DNA from: Candidatus Omnitrophota bacterium
Lineage (GTDB): Bacteria > Omnitrophota > Gorgyraeia > Gygaellales > Profunditerraquicolaceae
Assembly (NCBI GenBank): GCA_041651035.1
Contig: JBAZKC010000001.1
Location: 451,244-515,243 of the forward strand
DNA length: 64,000 nucleotides
Direction of reading: 5' to 3'
Shown here: one piece after another, positions 41,898-52,270 of the stretch
Position numbering within the stretch: position 1 is the stretch's first letter
How the letters are laid out: the number at the start of each line of letters is the position of its first letter
Translations under genes and position numbers: made by a program
Notes under the pieces: generated by a model
What the model saw: the letters and a program-made list of their open reading frames with translations, nothing else
Database searches by the model: none
What the model was told of the DNA's origin: nothing

Positions 41898-43634
41898 ATG
41901 CTCAAGATAAGAAAAGGAAAGGTCACCCAGATCAACGGTAACATGGTTACCGCGGAATTCAGCGATTTCGTAATGCAGAATGAAGTCGCCTATATCATCC
42001 ACGGGCAGGAACGCTTAAAGTCGGAAATAATCCGCATACGGGGGAATCTTGCTGAAATGCAGGTTTATGAAGCGACTACGGGATTAAAGGTAGGCGAAGA
42101 AGTTGAATTTAGCGGAGCGCTTCTTTCGGTAGAGCTCGGGCCCGGGCTGTTGGGCCAGATATTCGACGGCCTCCAGAACCCGCTTCCTTTAGTCGCGCAG
42201 GAATGCGGATTTTTCTTAAAGCGCGGCGTTTATATTAAGGCGCTGGATGATAAGCAGGAATGGCTTTTTACGCCCCTTGTCAAACCAGGGGATAAGCTGC
42301 GGCCGGGTGAGAAAATAGGCTTTGTTCCCGAGAAGCTTTTTAAGCATTACGTTATGGTCCCGTTTGTTTTGACAGGTTTATTTGAGGTAGTAAGTATCGT
42401 CGGCGAAGGAAAATATGACCTGAAACAGCCGGTCGCGCAGATAAAAGACCGGAATGGCAAGATATTCGATGTCCGCCTTTCTCAATCTTGGCCCGTAAAA
42501 ATGCCGATTAAGGCTTATGCCGAAAAGCTTAAGCCCCGGGAAACATTGGTTACAAAAATGCGGCTGATCGATTCTCTTTTCCCTGTTGCCAGAGGCGGCA
42601 CATATTGTATACCCGGCCCGTTTGGGGCGGGGAAAACCGTATTGCAGCAGCTGACCAGCCGGCACGCGGAAGTTGATATCGTAATCATTGCCGCATGCGG
42701 CGAACGCGCCGGAGAAGTCGTGGAAACTTTAAAGACCTTTCCTGAAATAACTGACCCGCGCACAGGCAGGCCTTTAAGCGACCGCACGGTAATCATCTGT
42801 AACACCAGTTCCATGCCTGTGGCTGCCCGGGAATCAAGCGTTTATACTGCTGTAACCATTGCCGAATATTACCGTCAGATGGGGCTTAATGTTTTGTTGT
42901 TAGCTGATTCTACTTCGCGCTGGGCGCAGGCAATGCGCGAGATGTCCGGCAGGCTCGAGGAAATACCTGGAGAGGAAGCATTTCCCGCCTACCTTGAGTC
43001 CCGCATAGCTTCTTTCTATGAACGGGCGGGCCTGGTGCGGCTTTATGATGGAACAACCGGTTCAGTCACTATCGGCGGCACAGTCAGCCCTGCCGGAGGT
43101 AATTTTGAAGAACCGGTAACCCAGGCGACACTGAAAGTCGTAGGCGCTTTTCACGGCCTTTCCCGCGAGCGCTCAGATGCCAGAAGATATCCGGCCATAG
43201 ACCCTTTGATCAGCTGGAGTAAATACAAAAGTTTTATTGATGAAACCCGGGTTATTGCCGGCCATGATATTCTGCGCAAAAGCCATGATGTGGCTCAAAT
43301 GATGAAGGTTATCGGAGAGGAAGGCACGTCTTTGGCGGATTACACTGATTACCTTAAAGGAGAATTCTTTGATTTTATTTACCTGCAGCAGAATGCCTTT
43401 GACGCGGTTGATGAAGCCTCTACCAAGGAGCGCCAGGCGTACGGGTTTAATTTTATTCACAGTATACTCAGCGCGGGATTTATTTTCCAGGATAAAGATG
43501 ACGCCCTGCATTTCTTCCAGAAATTGCGCCAGCTTTTTAAAGGATGGAACTCCGCGGCCTGGGAAAGCAGGGAATTCAAACAAGTAGAAAACGAAATAAA
43601 AGATTTATTGAGGACTAGAACAAAGGAAGGATAG
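41898..43634 (+). CDS. atpA: V/A-type ATP synthase catalytic subunit A
   Basis: Walker [10 protein letters not shown], plus the non-homologous region. Confidence 0.9.
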   Translation: MLKIRKGKVTQINGNMVTAEFSDFVMQNEVAYIIHGQERLKSEIIRIRGNLAEMQVYEATTGLKVGEEVEFSGALLSVELGPGLLGQIFDGLQNPLPLVAQECGFFLKRGVYIKALDDKQEWLFTPLVKPGDKLRPGEKIGFVPEKLFKHYVMVPFVLTGLFEVVSIVGEGKYDLKQPVAQIKDRNGKIFDVRLSQSWPVKMPIKAYAEKLKPRETLVTKMRLIDSLFPVARGGTYCIPGPFGAGKTVLQQLTSRHAEVDIVIIAACGERAGEVVETLKTFPEITDPRTGRPLSDRTVIICNTSSMPVAARESSVYTAVTIAEYYRQMGLNVLLLADSTSRWAQAMREMSGRLEEIPGEEAFPAYLESRIASFYERAGLVRLYDGTTGSVTIGGTVSPAGGNFEEPVTQATLKVVGAFHGLSRERSDARRYPAIDPLISWSKYKSFIDETRVIAGHDILRKSHDVAQMMKVIGEEGTSLADYTDYLKGEFFDFIYLQQNAFDAVDEASTKERQAYGFNFIHSILSAGFIFQDKDDALHFFQKLRQLFKGWNSAAWESREFKQVENEIKDLLRTRTKEG

Positions 43635-43635
43635 C

Positions 43636-44943
43636 GTGCAAAAACTTTATACCAACATACTCCAGATCGCAGGCGATGTGATCACAGTTGAGGCGGAAAA
43701 TGTCGGTTATTCTGAGATCGCCCAGATTTTTACCGGGCAGGGTGTTTCTTTGGCGCAGGTCATCAGGCTTAACAGGGGTAAGGTATATTTACAGATCTTT
43801 GCCGGCAGCCGCGGTGTTTCTACCGGAGATAAAGTAAGATTTCTAGCGCATCCCATGCGTGTATCCAGCGGAGAAAATCTTCTGGGCCGCATTTTTAACG
43901 GCAGCTGCCTGCCTTTGGATAGCGGCCCGCAATTAAGCGGTAATCTTATTGATATAGGCGGGCCTTCGGTTAACCCCGTCAAAAGGATCATCCCGGGAAA
44001 AATGATCCGCACCGGCCTGCCGATGATCGATGTTTTTAACTCATTGGTGGAATCGCAGAAGCTGCCGATTTTTTCCATTGCCGGAGAGCCGTATAATGAA
44101 CTGTTGGCAAGGATTGCCACCCAGGCGGAAATAGATATTATTATCTTAGGCGGCATGGGTTTAAAATACGATGATTTTCTTTTCTTTCGGGATACACTTG
44201 AAGAGCAGGGCGCGCTTAGCCGGTCCATCATGTTCATCCATACCGCGTCTGACCCGACGGTAGAATGCCTGCTGGTGCCGGATATCAGCCTGGCCGTGGC
44301 GGAAGATTTTGCTCTTAAGGGTAAAAGGGTCCTGGTGCTTTTAACGGATATGACCAATTTTTGCGATGCCTTAAAAGAGATCGCTATTACTATGGAGCAG
44401 ATCCCCTCTAACCGCGGATATCCGGGCGATCTATATAGCCAACTTGCCAGCCGGTACGAAAAAGCAGTAGATTTTGATACCGCAGGATCTATAACTATCC
44501 TGGCGGTAACCACGATGCCCGGAGACGATGTAACTCATCCTGTCCCGGATAATACCGGCTATATTACCGAAGGACAGTTTTATTTAAAGAACAGCGTGAT
44601 CGAGCCGTTCGGGTCATTAAGCCGCCTAAAGCAGCAGGTAAACGGCAAGACCCGCGATGACCACAGGGTTATTATGGACACCATGATCCAGCTTTTTGCC
44701 AGCTACCGCGAAACACGCGAAAAACAGGCTATGGGTTTTCAGATGAGCGCTTGGGATGTGAAGCTTTTAAAATACGGCAAGCTCTTTGAAGAAAAAATGA
44801 TGCCCTTAAAAGTAAATATACCATTGGAAAAAGCGCTGGACTTAGGATGGCAGATCATGGCGGATTGTTTTCAGCCCGAGGAAACCGGCATAAAGAAATC
44901 CCTGGTTGAGAAATACTGGCCGAAAAATAGTATGCAGGAATAG
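43636..44943 (+). CDS. atpB: V/A-type ATP synthase subunit B
   Basis: Regulatory B subunit with a degenerate P-loop; GTG start. Confidence 0.9.
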   Translation: MQKLYTNILQIAGDVITVEAENVGYSEIAQIFTGQGVSLAQVIRLNRGKVYLQIFAGSRGVSTGDKVRFLAHPMRVSSGENLLGRIFNGSCLPLDSGPQLSGNLIDIGGPSVNPVKRIIPGKMIRTGLPMIDVFNSLVESQKLPIFSIAGEPYNELLARIATQAEIDIIILGGMGLKYDDFLFFRDTLEEQGALSRSIMFIHTASDPTVECLLVPDISLAVAEDFALKGKRVLVLLTDMTNFCDALKEIAITMEQIPSNRGYPGDLYSQLASRYEKAVDFDTAGSITILAVTTMPGDDVTHPVPDNTGYITEGQFYLKNSVIEPFGSLSRLKQQVNGKTRDDHRVIMDTMIQLFASYRETREKQAMGFQMSAWDVKLLKYGKLFEEKMMPLKVNIPLEKALDLGWQIMADCFQPEETGIKKSLVEKYWPKNSMQE

Positions 44944-44951
44944 GGGTTAGG

Positions 44952-45566
44952 GTGAAAGTAAAGCTTACTAAAGGAGAATTAAAGCGGCAGCGTGATGCCT
45001 TAAAGCAATATCAGCGTTATTTGCCTACCTTGCAGTTGAAAAAACAGCAGTTGCAGCTGGAAATACTCCATCAACACAATCTTCTGGAAGAAAAGAAGCG
45101 CCTCTTAGCGGCAAAAAAGAAAACAGCTGTTAATTGGGCGGGCTTGATAACTGAACAAAAAAACAGTATTGCCGGATTCGTTGCCGTTGAGCAGGTAAAC
45201 AGCAGCGCAAAAAATGTCGCCGGGGTAGATATTCCTGTTTTTGAGAATACCGCGTTTAAGCCGGCGGATTATGACCTGTTTACCGCTCCGCTTTGGCTAG
45301 ACGCGGCAATAGAGGCGCTAAGACAGATCGTTTCGCTGCAGGAAGAAATAAAAGTAATAGAAGAGGGGGCAGATGTTTTAAAGCACGAACTGCGTATTAC
45401 GACGCAGCGGGTTAATTTATTTGAGAAAGTAAAGATCCCGGAAGCAGAAGAGGCAATAAGGTTAATTAAAATCTACATCGGTGACCAGATGGCTAATGCC
45501 GTAGGCCGCAGCAAGATCGCCAAAGCAAAAATAGAAGAGAATGTCCAGGAAGGGGTGCTGGTATGA
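44952..45566 (+). CDS. atpD: V/A-type ATP synthase subunit D
   Basis: MKVKLTKGELKRQRDALKQYQRYLPTLQLKKQQL. Confidence 0.85.
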   Translation: MKVKLTKGELKRQRDALKQYQRYLPTLQLKKQQLQLEILHQHNLLEEKKRLLAAKKKTAVNWAGLITEQKNSIAGFVAVEQVNSSAKNVAGVDIPVFENTAFKPADYDLFTAPLWLDAAIEALRQIVSLQEEIKVIEEGADVLKHELRITTQRVNLFEKVKIPEAEEAIRLIKIYIGDQMANAVGRSKIAKAKIEENVQEGVLV

Positions 45567-47320
45567 TCGTGCCGATGAGAAAAATAGCGGTTATCATCCA
45601 GCACAAAGACGCGCAAAGCGCGATTGAGCATCTGCGCCATACGGGAGTCCTGCATATCGAGCATCAAAGGCCGCCGCAGAGCCAGGATATAAACATCCTG
45701 CAGGATGAAGCAGGCTTAATCAATGCCTGCCTGGAAATTTTTAACCAGGCTGATTGCCCGATGGCCAGCGTATCCGCTAAAGCAGAAATCGGAGATTGGA
45801 AGGCAAAAGCAAAACATATTGTCGATTTATGGAAGAGATACGGCTATCTCGATGATTTCTCAAAGACGCTGGAACATCAGATCAGTGAGTGGCAGAAATG
45901 GGGGGATTTCCAGCCGCAGAAATTACAGGAACTCAGCCAAAAAGGCGTTTACGTTAGATTTTATCAGGTTCCCACCCGCCAATTGAAAGATTTTCCGCAA
46001 GGCGTAATTGTAGAGCAGGTATTTGCTGCCGGGGGGATCGCCTACTGCGTAGTTATTTCCACAAGTAAATTAAAATTTCCGTTCAAGGAAGTTACCTCAC
46101 CCAAGCTTAGCCTTTCAGAGATGCTTGCCAAACTTAGCGAAGATAAGAAAACGATGGAAGCGATAAGAAGCGAGATCTGTCTTGCCGCCGGCTATAGCCC
46201 GGAGCTTTCAGAGATCAAGAAAAATCTTGGCAGGAAAATAGAATTCCAGCAGGCATTGGCGGGAATGGGGGAAAGCAGGGTAGTTTCTTATTTGACAGGG
46301 TATATTCCGCGGGAATGCGAAGGTAAAATACTGGAAGAAGCAAAAATAAAGAAATGGGGTGTTCTTATCAACGACCCGCAGGAGGATGATAATGTGCCGG
46401 TTTTGCTCCGCAACCCGGCCTGGGTATCTCTGATCAATCCGCTTTATAAGCTTATGGAGGTAGTGCCGGGATACCGCGAGTTGGACGTCAGCCCAATATT
46501 TTTGATATTCATGGCTTTATTTTTCGGGATGATCATCGGAGACGCCGGTTACGGAGCAATTTATTTTACGCTTACTTTCTTAGCCTACCGTAAATATAGG
46601 AATAAGGTAAAAGAGAAGAATGTATTTTTTCTCTTTTATCTATTTAGCTTCTGCGCTATTATATGGGGAATACTTACGGGTACGGTCTTTGGCCAGCAGT
46701 GGTACGCGGCAAGCGGTTTTAAAGCGCTGACCCCGGCTTTAAATAATACCAAATTCCTGATGGCGTTTTGTTTCTTTCTGGGGGCGGTCCAGCTAAGTTT
46801 AGCGCATGGCTGGCAGGCATTGTCGAAACTGCCTTCTTTGACCGCCTTAGCGGATATTGGTTTTATTTGTTTATTGTGGGTAGGGTTTTTTCTGGCCAAG
46901 ATGTTCATCTTGGGAGACTTATTCCCGGCTATAGGCCAATGGCTGGTTTACGCGGGTGTAGTATTGATCGTTTTTTTTATCAGCCCCCGAAAGAACTTCC
47001 TGGCAAGCATCGGCTCTGGTTTAGGCGCCTTGGCGCTTGGCGCAATGGGAAATTTTGGAGACGTAGTTTCTTACATCCGCCTTTTTGCCGTAGGATTAGC
47101 AGGCGTGGCAGTGGCTGATTCCGTTAATCTTCTTGCCGCGTCCGCCGGCAATAACATCATTGCAAAAGCGCTTATTCTTTTCGCCGGCCACAGTATAAAT
47201 ATTATCCTGGGCCCGATATCGGTCCTGGTGCATGGAGTAAGGCTTAATGTGCTGGAATTTTCTTTGTTGCACGGTAACGTTACCTGGAGCGGGTTATCCT
47301 ATAAACCATTAAAAGAATAA
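45563..47320 (+). CDS. atpI: V/A-type ATP synthase subunit I (a-subunit, membrane)
   Basis: Soluble N-terminal domain plus a C-terminal multi-helix transmembrane domain carrying conserved Arg residues. Confidence 0.8.
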   Translation: MIVPMRKIAVIIQHKDAQSAIEHLRHTGVLHIEHQRPPQSQDINILQDEAGLINACLEIFNQADCPMASVSAKAEIGDWKAKAKHIVDLWKRYGYLDDFSKTLEHQISEWQKWGDFQPQKLQELSQKGVYVRFYQVPTRQLKDFPQGVIVEQVFAAGGIAYCVVISTSKLKFPFKEVTSPKLSLSEMLAKLSEDKKTMEAIRSEICLAAGYSPELSEIKKNLGRKIEFQQALAGMGESRVVSYLTGYIPRECEGKILEEAKIKKWGVLINDPQEDDNVPVLLRNPAWVSLINPLYKLMEVVPGYRELDVSPIFLIFMALFFGMIIGDAGYGAIYFTLTFLAYRKYRNKVKEKNVFFLFYLFSFCAIIWGILTGTVFGQQWYAASGFKALTPALNNTKFLMAFCFFLGAVQLSLAHGWQALSKLPSLTALADIGFICLLWVGFFLAKMFILGDLFPAIGQWLVYAGVVLIVFFISPRKNFLASIGSGLGALALGAMGNFGDVVSYIRLFAVGLAGVAVADSVNLLAASAGNNIIAKALILFAGHSINIILGPISVLVHGVRLNVLEFSLLHGNVTWSGLSYKPLKE

Positions 47321-47335
47321 AAAAAGGAGCTGCAT

Positions 47336-47785
47336 ATGGAAAATGCTTTACTGGCCCAATTTAAAGATTTGGGGGCGATTTTAGTGTTAGCGCTCTCCGC
47401 CGTAGGCTCAGCCACAGGGGCAGGTACCGCGGGTATGGCGGCAGTGGGGGCGTGGAAAAAGAATTTCTCGCAGAATAAGGGTGCTAATTTTTTATTGGTT
47501 GCCCTGGTTGCCGCTCCGCTTACGCAGACTATTTACGGTTTTATCGTGATGAATAAGATGGTTGAGCTGGTCGGAAAAGGACAATATTTATGGGCAATCG
47601 GCGCTTTCGCCGGAGCGGCAATAGGCTTATCTGCTTATTGGCAGGGTAAATGCGCCGCGGCTGCCTGCGATGCCTTGGGAGAAACCGGCAAAGGCTTCGC
47701 GAATTATATGGCAGTTTTAGGCATGACTGAAACAGTCGCCCTGTTTGTCATGGTTTTTACTCTCGTGGTCTTAGGAAAATTCTGA
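47336..47785 (+). CDS. atpK: V/A-type ATP synthase proteolipid subunit K
   Basis: Gly/Ala-rich transmembrane hairpins with a conserved Glu (MTETVAL); AAGGAG ribosome-binding site. Confidence 0.8.
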   Translation: MENALLAQFKDLGAILVLALSAVGSATGAGTAGMAAVGAWKKNFSQNKGANFLLVALVAAPLTQTIYGFIVMNKMVELVGKGQYLWAIGAFAGAAIGLSAYWQGKCAAAACDALGETGKGFANYMAVLGMTETVALFVMVFTLVVLGKF

Positions 47786-47798
47786 ACGGATTAATTCC

Positions 47799-47875
47799 GG
47801 GCGGTTGGCGCAATTGGTTAGCGCGCTTGATTTACATTCAAGAGGTTACAGGTTCAAGTCCTGTACCGCCCACCA
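47799..47875 (+). tRNA. tRNA-Val (anticodon TAC), CCA encoded
   Basis: GGGCGGT...ACCGCCC A CCA; anticodon loop TTTACAT; T-arm ACAGGTTCAAGTCCTGT. Confidence 0.85.
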
Positions 47876-47930
47876 TAAATATTTGTTGCAAACAGTTTCT
47901 TTTTGGTTTACAATTAGCACCCTGCGAATT

Positions 47931-48009
47931 GGGGTCGTGGTGTAGCCTGGTCTAACACGCCACCCTGTCACGGTGGAGACCGCGGGTCCAAATCCCGTCG
48001 ACCCCGCCA
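47931..48009 (+). tRNA. tRNA-Asp (anticodon GTC), CCA encoded
   Basis: GGGGTCG...CGACCCC G CCA; anticodon loop CTGTCAC. Confidence 0.8.
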
Positions 48010-48016
48010 GTTTGAA

Positions 48017-48042
48017 ATACCTGCCCCTATGGGGGCAGGTAT
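48017..48042 (+). terminator. GC-rich hairpin ATACCTGCCCC-tat-GGGGGCAGGTAT downstream of tRNA-Asp; no U-tract
   Basis: Perfect 11-bp stem. Confidence 0.4.
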
Positions 48043-48216
48043 GAAAATGGCGAACGTCAGGGGAATAAATAGTTATAAACACCTCATCCTTTCTAATCGA
48101 GATAACTCCTTTCTTGTATTGTAAGCCACAACCCGCATTTTCCCCTTGTCCTTCTTGCTAAATCGTGATAAAATTTTCCTGTCAGGCAGTAAAACCGGTT
48201 TACGCGTGGAGATAAG

Positions 48217-48870
48217 ATGATCGTCAGCCAACAGAAGCCATTAGAGGAGATACTGGAGAGTTTAAAAGGCTATAATAAGATATTCCTGGTAGGCTGCGGA
48301 GACTGCGCGACTATTTGTAAGACAGGCGGCGAGCCCGAGATGGTTAAAATGAAGCAGTTGCTGGAGGGGCAAGGTAAGACAATATCAGGTATGTGTATTC
48401 CCGAAGCGCCCTGCCTGGCCAGCAAAACAAAAAGTGAATTCGCCAGGAATATAAAAGCCTTGAAAGAAACGGAAGCTATCCTGGTTTTGGCTTGTGGTTT
48501 AGGGGTGCAGTCAGTAAAAGACAATGACCGGGCCGGCTTAGCGGTTTTTCCCGCCTGCGATACCTTATTCGGGGCGGCAGTAGACGGCCAGGGTAACTTC
48601 TCTGAAAAATGCTCTATGTGCGGGGAGTGCGTATTAGCTGTTACGGGAGGGATTTGTCCGGTAACGCTTTGCCCAAAAGAGCTATTGAACGGGCCTTGCG
48701 GCGGCATGAACAAAGGCAAGTGCGAAGTGGGCGATGACAGGGATTGCGCCTGGGTTTTGATCTATAAAGAGCTGGAGAAAAAAAATAAACTCCCCGGCTT
48801 AAAGACTATTCGGCCTGCCCGGGATTTTAAGAAGGCGGCCCGGCCCCGTAAATTAACAATGGTAAAGTAA
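48217..48870 (+). CDS. Methylene-tetrahydrofolate reductase C-terminal-like (MTHFR_C, MetV-like) Cys-rich protein
   Basis: Multiple Cys clusters plus the GPCGG motif. Confidence 0.6.
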   Translation: MIVSQQKPLEEILESLKGYNKIFLVGCGDCATICKTGGEPEMVKMKQLLEGQGKTISGMCIPEAPCLASKTKSEFARNIKALKETEAILVLACGLGVQSVKDNDRAGLAVFPACDTLFGAAVDGQGNFSEKCSMCGECVLAVTGGICPVTLCPKELLNGPCGGMNKGKCEVGDDRDCAWVLIYKELEKKNKLPGLKTIRPARDFKKAARPRKLTMVK

Positions 48871-48871
48871 A

Positions 48872-49315
48872 ATGGCAGAAGATAAAGATAAGGCAGGCGC
48901 GGTATATTCAGAAAAAGTCATGGATCATTTTGCCCATCCCAGGAACTGCGGGGAGATCCCTGAGGCAAGCGGCATCGGCTCCGTAGGAAACCCGATCTGC
49001 GGGGATATAATGAAAATGTATATTAAGGTAGAGAATAATATAATCGTGGACGCTAAATTCAAAACGATGGGATGCGGCGCGGCTATTGCCACCAGTTCCA
49101 TGGTTACGGAGATGGTTAAAGGCAAAAGTATTGAAGAGGCGTTAAAGATTTCCAATAAAGCGGTAGCAGAGGCCCTGGGTGGATTACCGCGTATAAAAAT
49201 GCATTGTTCGGTGCTGGCGGAAGAGGCATTGCGCTCTGCCTTGAGAGATTACTATAAGAGGCAAGGCAAGGAGCCCCCGTTTAAGGACACGACTCCGTCT
49301 AGCCATGAGCATTGA
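48872..49315 (+). CDS. iscU: NifU/IscU-type Fe-S cluster assembly scaffold
   Basis: GNPICGDIM..., MGCGAAIAT..., MHCSVLAEEAL (three conserved Cys residues). Confidence 0.85.
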   Translation: MAEDKDKAGAVYSEKVMDHFAHPRNCGEIPEASGIGSVGNPICGDIMKMYIKVENNIIVDAKFKTMGCGAAIATSSMVTEMVKGKSIEEALKISNKAVAEALGGLPRIKMHCSVLAEEALRSALRDYYKRQGKEPPFKDTTPSSHEH

Positions 49316-49871
49316 CCCCGGCACAGAGTTGACAAAACAGCAAATACGTAGTAAAATCATTCTGAAACTAAAAACACAGAAGGAGGATGTCAGGGATCGT
49401 AAAAGCAGAGTAATAGAGGGTGAGCTTTTAAAACAAAAGGGATTTATTAAAGCGAAGATAGTAATGTTTTACATCGCCTTTGGCGGCGAGGTAGACACAA
49501 AAAACATGATAAAAGAAGCAAGAAAATTAGGTAAGATAGTAACTGTGCCAGTTTGTAAAGGGAATAGAGTGACAATAAGGCCATGTATATTAGATGATGC
49601 CGCAAGATTGGGAAAAGGCCCTTATGGAGTATGCGAGCCTTCAACTAAACGATTTGTCCGCTTAAAAGACCTGGACCTGGTAGTTGTGCCGGGAGTCGCC
49701 TTTGACAGGAAAGGCAACCGGCTAGGCCGCGGCAAAGGATGTTATGACCGTTTCTTAGAAAGGCTCCCCAAGGATATTCCTTCTATTGGATTGGCATTTG
49801 ACTTCCAGATCTTACCAAACATACCCGCCAAAGCGCACGATATAAGCGTCAACAGAGTTGTCTTTGCTTAA
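49305..49871 (+). CDS. 5-formyltetrahydrofolate cyclo-ligase
   Basis: VVPGVAFDRKGNRLGRGKGCYDRFL. Confidence 0.85.
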   Translation: MSIDPGTELTKQQIRSKIILKLKTQKEDVRDRKSRVIEGELLKQKGFIKAKIVMFYIAFGGEVDTKNMIKEARKLGKIVTVPVCKGNRVTIRPCILDDAARLGKGPYGVCEPSTKRFVRLKDLDLVVVPGVAFDRKGNRLGRGKGCYDRFLERLPKDIPSIGLAFDFQILPNIPAKAHDISVNRVVFA

Positions 49872-49926
49872 AATCCGCTTTTCAAGAACCATCGCTGTAT
49901 AAAATAAAGAGAGGCTGGTTATACCT

Positions 49927-51480
49927 ATGCTGAATATAATCATATTTGGGGCAATCGCTTTAATTGCTACATGTCTGGGCTATTTTTTAAGGAAGCACCT
50001 GGCGGAGAAAAAGGTTAAAAGCGCGGAATTAGAGGCGCAATATATCTTAGAACAGGCTAAAAAAGAAGTGCAGGACAGGCGCAGAGAAATTGAATTAGAG
50101 GCAAAAGATCTTCTCTATAGGACGCGCCAGGATTTTGAACACGAGACCAAAGACAGAAAACAGGAAATGTTTAATCTGGAGAAGAGGCTCGCGCAAAAAG
50201 AAGAGAATATCGACCGCAGGCTGGAACTTTTAGAAAAAAAAGAGAAAGAAATCGAGCTTAAGTATGACAATCTGAGAAAACAGGAAGAATCTTTAAAGGC
50301 AAAAGAAGGCCAGCTGCAATTGCTTATTGCCGAAGAGAAGGAAAGATTACAAAAGATCTCTTCTTTATCCGCGGAAGAGGCAAAGCAGATCTTGCTGAGC
50401 CGGCTTAATGAGGAGTTGAATGCCGAGAAAGCGGTGCTTATAAAAAGGCAGGAGGAAGAAATACGCAGCCTGTCGGATAAGAAAGCAAGGGAGATCTTAA
50501 GCCTCGCTATTGGCAGGTGCGCTGCGGAACACACCGTTGAATCCACTGTAAGTGTGGTGACATTACCCAACGATGAAATGAAGGGGCGGGTCATCGGCAG
50601 GGAAGGCAGGAATATCCGCGCTCTGGAGATGGCTACGGGCGTGGATGTAATTATTGATGATACCCCCGAGGCCGTAACCCTATCGGCTTTTGATACGGTA
50701 CGCAGAGAGATAGCGCGCCTTAGTTTAGAGAAGCTGATCAGCGACGGCAGGATCCATCCCGGCCGGATCGAAGAAATAGTTGAGAAGACCAAGAAAGAGA
50801 TGGATGATAAGATACGCGAGGAAGGGGAGAAAGCGGCATTTGAGGCGGGAATTAATGGTTTACACCCGGAGATAATAAAGCTCTTGGGCCGTTTGAGATA
50901 CCGCACCAGCTTCGGACAAAATGCCTTGCAGCATTCTAAAGAAGTTTCTTTTCTCCTGGGCACGATAGCTTCAGAGCTGGGTTTAGACCTTAAATTAGGC
51001 AGGCGCATCGGGCTGCTGCATGATATTGGAAAAGCTGTAGACCATCAAGTTGAAGGTACGCACGCTAAGCTGGGAGCAGCGCTTGCCAAGAAATACAATG
51101 AATCGGCAGAAGTTGTGGCTGCTATTGAGGCGCACCATGAAGAAATACAGCCTCAAAGCCTCTACGCGGTTTTAGCGATCGCGGCAGACGCGATAAGCGC
51201 CGCCAGGCCGGGCGCCAGGCGCGAGACCCTGGAAACATATATAAAAAGATTGGAGAAGCTGGAGTCTATCGCCAATCTGTTTAAGGGCGTTGAGAAGTCA
51301 TTCGCTATACAGGCTGGCCGGGAGATCCGCGTGGTTGTGCAGCCGGAGAAAATATCAGATAGTGACGCGGTCAATCTTGCCCGTGATATTAGAAAAAAGA
51401 TAGAAGAGGGGTTGGAGTATCCGGGGCAAATTAAAGTAACCGTGCTCCGTGAGACCAGGGCGATCGAATACGCCAAATAA
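49927..51480 (+). CDS. rny: Ribonuclease Y
   Basis: N-terminal transmembrane helix, coiled coil, KH domain, and HD domain LLHDIGKA. Confidence 0.9.
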   Translation: MLNIIIFGAIALIATCLGYFLRKHLAEKKVKSAELEAQYILEQAKKEVQDRRREIELEAKDLLYRTRQDFEHETKDRKQEMFNLEKRLAQKEENIDRRLELLEKKEKEIELKYDNLRKQEESLKAKEGQLQLLIAEEKERLQKISSLSAEEAKQILLSRLNEELNAEKAVLIKRQEEEIRSLSDKKAREILSLAIGRCAAEHTVESTVSVVTLPNDEMKGRVIGREGRNIRALEMATGVDVIIDDTPEAVTLSAFDTVRREIARLSLEKLISDGRIHPGRIEEIVEKTKKEMDDKIREEGEKAAFEAGINGLHPEIIKLLGRLRYRTSFGQNALQHSKEVSFLLGTIASELGLDLKLGRRIGLLHDIGKAVDHQVEGTHAKLGAALAKKYNESAEVVAAIEAHHEEIQPQSLYAVLAIAADAISAARPGARRETLETYIKRLEKLESIANLFKGVEKSFAIQAGREIRVVVQPEKISDSDAVNLARDIRKKIEEGLEYPGQIKVTVLRETRAIEYAK

Positions 51481-51483
51481 TCC

Positions 51484-52269
51484 ATGAATATACTATTTAT
51501 CGGAGATATAGTAGGCAGTCCCGGGAGAGAGGCAGTTAAAAAGCTACTGCCGGGATTAAAAAAAGAATATAAGCTGCAATTTGTGATCGCAAACGGAGAA
51601 AACGCGGCAGGCGGTTCAGGCATTACCAGTAAAGTCTCAGAGGAATTATTTGGCGCCGGGGTCGATGTAATGACCTCAGGAGACCATATCTGGAAAAAAA
51701 GGGAGATCTTTGAATTTATTAATCAGGAAGAGCGTATCCTGAGGCCGTTAAATTTTCCTAGCGGCGCTCCCGGCCGCGGTTTCGGAATATTTAAGACAAA
51801 AGACGGCGGCCTTAAGGTCGGCGTAATAAGCGTTAACGGCAGGGTATTCATGGAGGCCTTAGAATGCCCTTTTAGATCCGCTATGGCGGCGGTTGAGGCT
51901 ATAGCTGCTCAGACAAATATAATAATCGTGGATATCCACGCCGAAGCCACATCAGAAAAAGTAGCTTTAAGCTGGTATCTGAATGGAAGAGTTTCAGCGG
52001 TATTGGGCACGCATACGCATATACAGACCGCGGACGAAAGGATTTTGTCAAAAGGGACAGCCTGCCTTACCGACGCGGGCATGACTGGCCCGTATAATTC
52101 TGTTATCGGAAGAAGAGTGGAGAATGTTTTGGAGAGATTCCTTACTTCTATCCCCGTAAAATTTGAAGTGGCTGAAGAAGATATCCAGCTACACGGGGCG
52201 GTTGTAGGCATAGATGAGCAGACAGGGAAGGCAAATTCTATTATTAGAATACAGAGAAAGCTGTCTTAA
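51484..52269 (+). CDS. ymdB: YmdB-like 2',3'-cyclic-nucleotide 2'-phosphodiesterase (TIGR00282 metallophosphoesterase)
   Basis: MNILFIGDIVGSPGR...ANGENAAGG; conserved rny-ymdB gene pair. Confidence 0.85.
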   Translation: MNILFIGDIVGSPGREAVKKLLPGLKKEYKLQFVIANGENAAGGSGITSKVSEELFGAGVDVMTSGDHIWKKREIFEFINQEERILRPLNFPSGAPGRGFGIFKTKDGGLKVGVISVNGRVFMEALECPFRSAMAAVEAIAAQTNIIIVDIHAEATSEKVALSWYLNGRVSAVLGTHTHIQTADERILSKGTACLTDAGMTGPYNSVIGRRVENVLERFLTSIPVKFEVAEEDIQLHGAVVGIDEQTGKANSIIRIQRKLS

Positions 52270-52270
52270 G

